This document shows positions 53,442-64,000 of a stretch of 64,000 bases of DNA, in pieces (positions within the stretch are counted from its first letter, which is position 1; each line of letters starts with the position of its first letter). The DNA lies in contig CAJFCJ010000004.1 in the NCBI GenBank assembly GCA_904063045.1, positions 737,713 to 801,712 of the forward strand, in the 5' to 3' direction. This stretch comes from Dimorphilus gyrociliatus. Its lineage: Eukaryota > Animalia > Annelida. The notes below the pieces were generated by a model. The model saw only the letters and a program-made list of their open reading frames with translations, made no database searches and was not told the origin of the DNA. Made by a program: the position numbers and the translations under genes.

Positions 53442-55392
53442 ATGGGTCGGAAAAACAATAAAAAATCTCCATCAAATGATGAAATCGAGACAAAGGAAAT
53501 ATTAGAATTCGGCATAAAAGTATTGGTGAATTATGATAGTTCATCTCCATCAACAAAGTCATCTTTTTACAATGATAAAATGCAATATAATAGGTGAATC
53601 CTTGTTTAGTGTGGTAATGTGCATCCTTATTATCGCTCTTAACGCAAATTACTTTTTAGATTACTGTCTCTAATTTGCTTACGAACGCTACGCAACACAT
53701 TGGAATATAATGGAAAGTTAAAATGTTTAGATGCATTTTCAGCTACCGGTAAATAGCAAAACTTGAAATAATATGTTGCTAATAGCTGATGATATTATTG
53801 TTCTAAAGGAATTTCGGGTATGTTGTGGAATAAATACGTTGATAATGTTGAAGTAACAATGAATGATATAAAGGAAGATTCCATAAGTTCTATTAAAACA
53901 AATTGTATTCTAAATAATGTTCAATTTGTCGAAAATGAAAAAACCATTGATGATAATGCAGTGATAATAACCCAACAAGATGCTAACGTTTTAATGCATT
54001 CCAAACAGTATCACTTTGTGTAAGACATAAAATTATTTTTTTTTATTAAATGATATGCTTATCTGATTTGTCGTTCCATTTTTCTCTCTTAGACATCTTG
54101 ACCCGTTTGGATGTCCTGTTCATTTTTTAGAGGCAGCTTGCCGAAATACTTATAACAAAGGAATTATTGTAGTTACAGCAACAGATATAGCAGCATTATT
54201 CGGGAATGCTCCCTCAGTTCTACTACGTAATTATCAAGCAACAACTTTCAAATGTGATTATATCAAAGAACTTGGCGTGAGAATTCTTATAGGGGCTATT
54301 TGCAGGTTAACATAGAGTTATTTTAAAGATATTATAAAGATATAATTACATGCAGTTTGTACTTTTAATGTTTCAAACACTCCCTAATCTATTTCAGAAC
54401 TTTGGCAAGATGCAATAAAGGAGTCAGAATTCTTTATTCTGTTGCTGTTGGTCATTTTATTCAAGTCGCCGTTCAAGTTTTGAGAGGAGCGTTAAAAGCC
54501 GATAACAGCTTAACAAACGTAAAAACAAATATTATTAAAAAAAAATTAAAGCTAATTATAATAATCAATTTTTTTTCAAGGTTAAGAGAGTTATACATTG
54601 CAGCTTTTGTCAACAATGGACAATTCATCCTGAATCTCATCACCCACCTGGTAACTTTGACTTAAGCAATTTGATTTATTAAAAAATAATTTGTTCATAG
54701 AAAATCCTTACAAGTTACTCGACTGCCCATGTTATCAAGATTCATCAGCAAAAATGGGTGTTGAAATAGGACCAATGTGGTGGATATTTAAACGAGAATA
54801 TTAAAATTATCATTTAATACTTTTTTCATTTCTTTTTAAGGGTTGGTTCTATTCATAATCAGGCGTTTCTTAAGAGCTTTATCTCTAATTCTAATGACTT
54901 GAAGAAAACTCTACCTATTGATGATGATTTTATGCACCTAACAAAAGTTCTTCTTTTAGAAAGTGTTTGTCCAGACACAAATAAAAAGGAAGATGAACTT
55001 TTTTCGGAAGAAACTAATAAAGGAGATATTTCTACAGGCAAGAGGGAAAGGGAAGAGACCGTTGACAATTCTTCTACAGCGCCTATGTTTTATTTAAATC
55101 TTCATAAATTAAATTTAAAGGATATGAATTTACCAAGGTGATTCTTAAGGCTATGGATCTAATATTAATTATCGTCTATTAATCCAATATATTTTATTAT
55201 ATTTATCTGAATATTTATTTAAATAATAATTACAGATCTAGAAAAATAGTTGAGCTGCTTCGTTCAGCAAACTATCAAGCATGTAAAACACATTTTTGCG
55301 ATCGTTCAATCAGGACTAACGCAACGTATCCAGTTATTAAAGAATTAATTGGACATCATTTTTACCATAATGAAAATATGGCAAGTAATTGA
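53442..55392 (+). CDS. TRMT1L: TRMT1-like tRNA methyltransferase
   Basis: Nine phase-consistent exons (53442-53593, 53660-53748, 53809-54019, 54093-54305, 54398-54518, 54581-54650, 54701-54779, 54841-55137, 55236-55392): FYNDKMQYNR, CLDAFSATG, DANVLMH, HLDPFG, ARCNKG, ENPY..CPC, FYLNLHK, typical of TRMT1L rather than TRMT1. Confidence 0.9.
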
Positions 55393-56318
55393 TTGATTTT
55401 AATGTTTATTGTTGGTTTATTAATAAATAAATATCTCTTTTTTTGTAAATAGCATATTGATTTTCTGTAGATAAAATAAGAAATTTATATCGTTGCAAGT
55501 TTAATTAGGTAATCAACAGAGTGAAAAACCTAATCTCGTATGCTTCATTATACATGAAAAAACTCTGATTTTCTGATAATTAGAATACTAAATAAGATAG
55601 TTCAAAGGAAAATAGTTGGTACAAAAGCAATCAAGGGCCATTGAAAATACAAAAAGTAGATTCTCATAGCTCAACATCGATAAACAAATGTTGAAAGAGG
55701 CGATATCTACAATTCCAAAATTTTAAACATTTTTAAATTAATAATTATGAAAGATATATCTAATTGCTTAACAATTAATACAGAAGATATTTCACTAGAT
55801 TATGCTTTTACAAATAGTGAAAATATAAATATAACTATTCTGCTTTAAGCAGTTGATGTGGTCATCTCTCCCGACTCATCAGAGTTTTGCTTTTTATAGG
55901 AAAAGGACCATCTTTTGTAATAGTTCTCAAAATACTTTATATCATACTCCGTGATGATTGCATAGTTCTATCATAAACTGCTCTGTCCAGTCAACAATTT
56001 GGAATAATATTTAAGAAATTTATATAACAGTTATTGCCTTTGATAGAGGACGTCTACTATAGAAATGATTATGAAACATGAAACCGACTAATTAAGATTA
56101 AGTTTATTCTATAAAAATACACTGAAATAAAAACATTATTTATAATCTATAAACCTTTATGGTACAATTTCATATCTTATATCAAAAAGAGCTAAGCTTA
56201 AAAATCTCTTCTAACTGAATAATGAAATTACCATTTAAACTACTAGTTTCTGTGATTCATAAGTAGAAAATATGATTTTTATATTTAATAAATAGTTAAG
56301 AATATTTGCATTGATACA

Positions 56319-57926
56319 TTACAATTTTATAGTATATAATTCCTGAGGATCTTCCTTCTTTTCTAATTTATAATTATCATCTATATCTATTGTGCTTATT
56401 GCACATTCAGGACTCTTTTTCTCAATATCGACTTTTTCAGAATCAACTGCGTTTTGAGGTCGTAAGACGCATCTACCTTCTTGACAGCAATATCTTATAC
56501 GCATTCCTATTAGAATACAGAGTAGAGGAACAGGGGTAAACAGCGCTGCTGTCATTGGAACGGACGCTGCTAAATCTCCCATTGGAAATTTGAATGCACC
56601 TTGAAGGAGAACTATTGCGATACCAGTATCTTGAACTCCCGTTTCTATAGCAATGGTAAGAGCTTTTCTGTGCCCTTGTCGTGTTAACCTGGCTATTAGA
56701 TAGCCGAGAGTATAACCAAAATATATGCAGAGTAATGATCCAGGAACCAGGTACCAATGCATTCCCCACATTTGATAAATATACTTATTTGTTATACTGC
56801 CAAATACAATGACAAATATGACAAATATTAAAGCCAGAGGCTTAAGGCATTTTATAACAAATTCTCCAGCGCTTGGTTTACACTTTCTCAAAGCCAAACC
56901 AAGTAAAACTGGTACGATAAGAGTCACTAAACCAGTAGCAATGCTTCTAAATGGTATATTTGCAGACTCGTATTCGTACATTCGTCCAAGAACAAACAAC
57001 CAAAAAGGCATCATAACTAATATGAAAAATTTGAATATATTAATAGATTTAATAGTTAATTTAATGTATTTATATTGTACTAAATATTTACAGAGTGCAG
57101 CGATTTTACTGAAGAAGGTCATACATAAACTTAAATTTAAGTCCCCACCCAACATTAAAGTCCAAACGTTACTACCACCACCACCAGGAGACGCCGCTAA
57201 TACCAATATTCCGAAACCAATATCATTACTCATTCTCATTGCCTTTGATAGAGCTAAACCGATCTAAGAATGAGAATATATTAACTCTGCAATTTAAACT
57301 ATACAAACCATACTTACTAATGGCATAAGAGCAGATTGACATAAAAATCCTATCAACGGAGGTATAGGTTTCTTAATAATCTCTTTTATAACATCTACTT
57401 CTAACTTACATCCAAATCCGAAATTTAAGAGTAGCATAAAGAATATAACACAAACAATAAAGATTCCAGTTAGCATTCTATTGGGTACCATAATAACTAC
57501 AGGAATATTATGTTCCCCTTGTTCGATATTCGAAATGTTGTACGTTTTCACTCTCAATCTTGTTCTTCCAATAAAAACTCCACGAACAGTTAGATTTACC
57601 ATTTTAAATGGTTCATTCTGACAACTGACATTCACATGATTTGGGGCTACTGTTGCAATCTTTGTATCATCTGTATGAACCTTTACATAGCCATCGATAT
57701 CTTCCAAGGTTAAGCAAGAAAGTAACATAGGTACTGTGGTCTGATATGTCATTCTTAGATAAACGTTTGGTCTCACTAAGCTTGCATTAAAAGGTGGAAA
57801 GTCATCTTCTATTGATTGTGCTTTAGAGAAGGATGTTGAAAACGCAAGAAAACCAAAGAAAATTTTCATAAATGGACAACCAGTTGTCGATGCTTTCATT
57901 GCAAATTCCTTCGACTCGGCGAACAT
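56319..57926 (-). CDS. SLC10 (sodium/bile-acid symporter family) transporter, copy A, SLC10A3/A5-like with extracellular N-terminal domain
   Basis: Exons 57318-57926, 57092-57263, 56319-57016. GFGCKLE, IGFLCQSALMP, SPGGGGSNVW, TIAIETGVQD, VPMTAALF. Confidence 0.93.
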
Positions 57927-59240
57927 CCTCTCCTAATTAATCACATTATAATACTCAGCAAAATTTATATACAGTTTTATCTAGCTCCATTATGATAACA
58001 AATGTTAATGATGAATTTTTGATAATAAATATATATGTCATGCTGATCTTTATCATGTTATCTAGAAAATTATCAAGAATAAGAATGATCATAGGCAAAT
58101 TAGTATTTTAATGAAAAATTCAATAGATAGTTGTAGTCTATGAATAAGTAAGTTAATAATTACTAAGAAATAAAACTGACTTTCTTCCCAAGAAAAAAAA
58201 GTACTCTAACGAGAGTCATTTTAATAAAAAATCCTGTAAATAAGTGCAAATTTTGCACGAAAAAACCACTAAGAGAAGATATAGATTAATTAAAAGTTTA
58301 TTCGAAAAGCTCTCTTAGCTTTTTCTATAAAGGTATATTATTAACAAATGAGATTTTTATATTTATATTAAACTCAATTAGTAAAGACTAGGGATTTTTT
58401 AAAACGTTTTCGAATTCTGCTACGGTGTGTGGAAGTATATCCGAATACTATAAAATTAATACTTAAAGTACAATTAGGGTATATTAAATAAGACTAAAAG
58501 AGAATAAAAAAGAGGTACTTTTTTTTTAGAAAACTGATCAAGTTTAAAGGAAATACTTTCTTTTTGGTTAAAAAAGAAAGAGAAGTTTCTTTGGTAAAGA
58601 AAATCTTTACTTTGAATAAAGAAACTAAAACTTTTTCTGTCATTTTTCAATCTGTAGAAATAAAAGGGGAAAATCAAATATCATAGTTTTTATTATTCTC
58701 ATTTATTTAATAGCATCAAAAATGACAAATCGAGGAAATTCTCGAAAGGGAACATAATGCAAAATTGTCATAAATTTTTTCTATATGTTAATTATCCATT
58801 TTAAAAGAGTTCTACAATGTTTGTACTGATGCAAAAGTTTTGATAGACTAGCGTTCTCTTAGTAAGAGTGTACAGTTTTAAACTTTACAATACGAAATTA
58901 GAGTTTATAAACTAAAGAATAAAGTTGGTTGAAAGTTCGTGTTTAAATCCGGAATAAAGAAAAATTTATAGAGATAACGATTTACATTCATCATGATATT
59001 TTTATTGTTATCATCGTTTAACTGACAAATATAAACAAAAATTTTTATGATATAATAGATATCAAAGAACAATTTTATAATAAGGCATTCTTATTATCAA
59101 AGATTATACGAAGATAGACAGGATATAGCATTTCAATTTCATTTCTTGAAAAAAATAGGTAAAAATAATATATATTAGCAAAAAAACAAAAAATATTCCT
59201 TGAGATTAGACATTAAAGCCTGATTAAAGCATTAATCTAA

Positions 59241-60852
59241 TTAACATTCAATATTCTTTACTGGAGAATAGTCCGTACTTGAAAGTTGAGTTGTATTAAG
59301 GGGTAAACTCTTTTCATTCTGTTGAAGACTATCTATATCTACACTATTATCTTTCTGATTTTTTGGTCCACCAAATCGTTCACATTTTCCATTTTTCCAA
59401 CAAATGTGAATATGCAATATAGTTAACAATATCATTAACGGAAAAGGCGTGAACAATGCTGCTGTCATTGGAAGAGCAGCTGCTATATCACCACCCGGTT
59501 CATTAAAAGTACCTTGCAGGAGTACAATAGCAACTCCTGTGTCCTGAATGCCAGTTTCTATAGCTATAGTAAGGGAACGTGTATGCCCCTGTTTTGTAAT
59601 ACGTGCAAAAGCATAGCCTAGTGCATAGCCTAAGTAAGTGATCAATAACGCGGATGGAACTATATACCATTTTCGAGCCCACATTAAGTAGATATATACA
59701 TTCGTTATGCTTCCCATTGTTATTACGAAAATAACAAATATTACCGCTACAGGTTTTATTATTTTTTCGATAAATTCTGCAACCCGAGGCTTCCATTTAC
59801 GAAGGACTACACCACAGAGGCAAGGAACAAGAAGAGCCAACAGACCCATAGCAATATGCTTGTAAGGTACACTAGCAGTTTCTGATATATAAAGACGACT
59901 AACGGCGTACAACCACAAAGGCATCATAACTGGAGGTGTAATTTTTTTAATTAACTCAGTTGGTCTAGAATTTAATTCTAATAAATTTACTTACACAAAG
60001 CTGCTATTTTACTGAATAATGTCATACATAAACTCAAATTGAGGTCTCCACCTAACATCAAAGTCCAGACGTTACTGCCTCCGCCTCCGGGAGATGTTGC
60101 TAAAACTAATAAACCAAAACCTATGTCATTGTTCATTTGAAAGGCTTGTGATATTGTCAAACCCAACTGAAATAGATAGAAAAGAACAATATATATCAAT
60201 AGATTTTTTTCTCTGTTACAAATAACTATAAACTTACAATTGGCATCAAAATGAATTGACAGAGAATACCAATTAAAGGCGGTATAGGCTTTTTTAAGAT
60301 TTCCTTTATAACATTAATTTCAATCTTACAACCAAATCCAAAATTAAGAATGATCATAAAAGACGCCACAATTATTATGAATATATTGGTCAGACGTCTG
60401 TTTTTAACGATAACTTTTAGATCAAGGTCTTTTTCGTCTAATTTATTATTAGATTTTCCAAAAAACTTTAATTTAACTTTTGTCTTTCCAAGAAATTCTC
60501 CTTTAATCATAAAGCTAACTATATTAATTTTTTCATGATAACAAATAATATCAACAGGTTCCTGCTGAACTTTTACAACGCTTTCATCATGTGATACCAT
60601 GTAAATTTTCCCCACGTTGCCAGAAAAATGGTTGCAGGTTATATTCAATTCAACTTGAATTTTATCATACATCTTTACATATCGAGGTTCAAGACTCTTT
60701 TCCGAAACATTATAAGGTGGAAAATTATAGTTTGGTTGAGCCTGACTTGTTTGTATTGTTGTTGTTATGTAGATGATTAAAGTTGAAAGTAGCTTCGTTA
60801 ATAGAACTACAGGGCATTTCGTTTTCCGAAAGTTACCTTGATATTCTTCCAT
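59241..60852 (-). CDS. SLC10 transporter, copy B (tandem paralogue)
   Basis: Exons 60238-60852, 59995-60166, 59241-59929; same intron positions and the same 172-nt exon 2 as copy A; TIAIETGIQD. Confidence 0.93.
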
Positions 60853-61556
60853 ATTCACCTAAAAGAAAACAATTAGGATAATGGATTTCCTAAACTACGC
60901 ATTAGCTAATATTAAGAATAGGTCTGTGTAATAGTATCCTATTATATTTTATCATTATTCTTAGCTTTACACTGTTTAAAAACTGTTGTAAGTCAAAGAT
61001 CTTGCAAAGGTTAAAGATATTAGCATTTCTTACAACAAATACGAAAAAAAATTAACAGTTCTTACCTTGGGACTTTAGCTCCAAAAGGAAGATTTGTTTT
61101 AATATCTGCTAATTGTAAACCAAACCTAAAATTTATAATGATTCATTACGATCAGGGCCTACTAGAACTTTTAACTATAATATTCAGCAAGAATGCAAAA
61201 ATGATGATCTTTATTAATCAAAGCATGAGGAAAATCTCAAAGTTACACCAATTTAGTAGAGTTGTAGATGGCGTAATTTGTCCTTGTTATCGAAAGTATT
61301 TCCTATAAGCCAATGTCCAGGGCTCCTTTTTATTGAGACACATGATGCTATTGTCAATGATTCCCTGGAAATTATTTCATATGTCAATTGCTAATTATGC
61401 TTTCTACGAACTACTTAGATAATTATCTAAGCCGTTAAAAACGATCTGTCGTTTTGGCTTTTGTATTTTGACTAATTAAATCAAATTGGAGTTTATGCCT
61501 GTAATTTATTTATTTTATTTTTTAGTCCTTTAATAACACTTAAGTGAATTTTTTTG

Positions 61557-61558
<2 letters not shown>

Positions 61559-61587
<29 letters not shown>
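61559..61587. repeat. (AT)n microsatellite
   Basis: Read directly, between SLC10-B and TSC1. Confidence 0.9.
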
Positions 61588-61801
61588 CTACCTTAAAAAA
61601 CTATTAAATAAAATTCAACACCCACACGCAACTCTTCACCAATTTTAGCATCACCAGATTAAGCTTAAACCATTTATCGCTCGGGAAGATAGTTGTCTTA
61701 TAATATACTTTCTGGCAGAGAATTTCTCGTTGACCCCAAACTGCATTCATAAAAATACGAAAATCTACAAAAACCTTCTGCTTTTCCTAACTTTAAGCAA
61801 T

Positions 61802-64000
61802 ATGGAAGCTAGTTTAGTTCAAGCGCTGCATCAACTGGAATCAGACGATATCGAAGTAGTATCAAATACAAAAGGACTTGTGATTAATGCATTAAAAACA
61901 AGCAAGTTTTCAATTTTAAGTGCATAAAACATTGATAGAGGTCATTTAATTTTATTAAATCAATTTAGTTAAAGATCCAGGTTGGCTTGTATACAGCCTT
62001 ATAGAAATATATGTAACTGAGAAAGGTGCTGAAAATTGCATGGAAGTTTTAGCAAAGATCGAAGAGCCAAATGATAAGGTTTATTATATTAAATTAAAAT
62101 CTGTATTAGTTAATTATAGCCTGAATATTATACTATTTTCAGCTATTCTTCGAAAAACTTAATGAATTCTTAAAGAACCAACAGTATCGGTATAGAGCAC
62201 TTCTTCTATTAGGTTGTATTGTTACAAAACAACCCTTATGGTTAGGAAAAATTGTTCGCTGCAACACATTCAAGGCCATTCTTCAAATATTGAAAGTAAT
62301 TAGTAATTCCTTTCTGAGGTTGTTACTCAATTCTTTAACAACTCTGATACCTATAGACTGACGCATCGAATGTACCTGTTCTGCTTACTGCTGCTTTGGA
62401 CTTGTGTATAATTCTTCCATCTGTTGCTGCGCCAGTTGCTAATCATCTACAAGAAATATTTGATGTATTTATAAAGTTTGCCAATTTTGTGCATGCTCTA
62501 CCAGGTAATAGAAATTGATACAATTTCTTTTATTCATTAGTATTATGTTATCATATTCTAATTCATACATATATATTTTTATATATCAGGGAACAACGCC
62601 AAAGCTTATGCTTCACATGCGCAAATTACACTATTTTCCTTATTTAATACGTTGTATGGAATGTTTCCTTGTCATTTTTTAGCCTATCTGAGAAACACCT
62701 ATCCTCGGACAAGTGATAAAGGAGTTTTTAAAAATGTTATAGATGTAAATTTTAATTCTTATAATTAATTATTTTTAGCACTACTCTCTTGGACTATAAA
62801 TTCATTTTTCTATGTTTTATATTTAGCCTTTACTTAAGCACATTAAATTACATCCGCTCCTTATAACATCCTCTCTAGATGAAGAATTAAGTAAAGAAAG
62901 ACTAGGAAAAAGAGAAGTAAAATTTTTTTAATTACAAAGCTAATGTGACGATAATGATGAAACAACAACACAAATAAACGCTTAGGTTCAGGATATAGTG
63001 GCAGAATGCAGCCAATTAACTGTAGAACTACCTTCAACATGCCACATTCGTCGTGAAGAAGAGCAAATTCCAAATAATCCTAATTTAGATCGTTACGGTG
63101 TTAGAAAACTAAAGGAAGAGTTAAAATTCGAAAGGAAAAAATCAAGTTCTCCTTCCCTTGTAGATAGCGCTGCCAGTTCTTTACAAGTAAGAAAAAATGA
63201 ATAATGACTTAATAAATATTTTTACCATAAAAAATATTCAGTAATATATTTAATTATTTTTTTCTTTTTGTTTTGTTGCTTCTAAAGTCTCAATTCTGGA
63301 GTCCAAGTGATCTTTGTGGTTATTCTACCCCTCCAAGGGCTAATAGAACTCAAGATGGTAATTGGAATATAATTGTAAATTATTGTCGCCTAATAAATTT
63401 ATTAATTATTTCAATTTTTTCAGATGGAAAATGCCAAAATGAAGTAAATAAAGTTGAGGAAAGCTCTGCTGAAAAGGTCAATTATTGTTTAGGGAATTAT
63501 TCTATACATGTTTTTATGTTTATTAATTATCTTCAAAGACATCATTCCCGTCTTAACGGAGTCGTTAATTAGACATAATTGTAGTACAACGTACCTAATT
63601 TTCCACGGCTGGTTTTTTTTCCAGATATCGACCAACAGAAAAATCCATTTGAGATTTCATTGTCGTTTCCTTGATCCTTTTTTTTGTCAGTTGGATTCTA
63701 ATAGACATTGAATATCATTTAAATAGCAGAGGATACGTCTTGTCATGTATCATTTTAAGATATTATGTTCATATTTTATGAAGAAATTGTTTGAGTAGTT
63801 TCAGAAAAACAATAGTTATAGATTTTTAGAGTTTTTTTTATTTTTACCATTAAATTTAATTCAACATTTTATTGATTGCTTGTTCAATAACTCATCTAAA
63901 AATAAACAGCTTTTTAGACGTCGCCGACGATCGAAATTATCTAACATTAATACAGAAGAAAAATCGTCTAATTTATCTACGCCAATGTCAACACCTATTC
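61802..64000 (+). CDS. TSC1: Hamartin (5' part; runs off window)
   Basis: Exons 61802-61901, 61969-62078, 62143-62295, 62357-62504, 62590-62744, 62827-62916, 62986-63186 and further small exons: EEPNDK, LYGMFPCHFLAYLR, KLHPLLIT, DIVAECSQL, FWSPSDLCGYSTPP. Confidence 0.92.

Noticed and set aside
55845-56048. 16-nt identity (attgcctttgatagag) with SLC10-A exon 2 and a 41-codon open stretch on the minus strand, suggesting a third decayed SLC10 copy or an orphan exon
   Set aside because: Translation shows no SLC10 similarity beyond LSKA, and I found no upstream exon to link to.

Overview
AT-rich metazoan genomic DNA with very compact genes (most introns about 50-100 nt, GT-AG). The short introns, invertebrate-type proteins and CTCF-like motifs near promoters would fit a miniaturised lophotrochozoan genome such as the annelid Dimorphilus, but that is inference only. 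I reconstructed 15 spliced protein-coding genes by hand and checked exon phase and frame (LETM1 internal boundaries only partly), plus one tRNA-Gly(GCC). In order: Syt7 (+, large introns), CREBL2 (-), an orphan multipass membrane protein (+), an RA-RA-PDZ-coiled-coil scaffold (-), tRNA-Gly, a type I membrane short collagen (+), a small secreted Cys-rich protein (-), ETFBKMT/METTL20 (+), paxillin (-), eIF4H (+), NAA40 (-), a C11orf98-like gene (+), an ODF3/SHIPPO-repeat gene (+), LETM1 (-), TRMT1L (+), two tandem SLC10 transporters (-), and TSC1 (+, cut by the window end). Counting both SLC10 copies and the partial TSC1, the total is 17 coding loci. Most short ORFs in the supplied track are spurious or exon fragments. 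The most unusual signal is inside Syt7 intron 1. Two GC-rich islands 2.3 kb apart are complementary (13 bp + 6 bp). Each also has a competing local partner, and one of those partners is the 3' splice site of a candidate 21-nt in-frame microexon, suggesting a competing RNA-structure splicing switch. All gene names come from my recall of family motifs; no database search was run.
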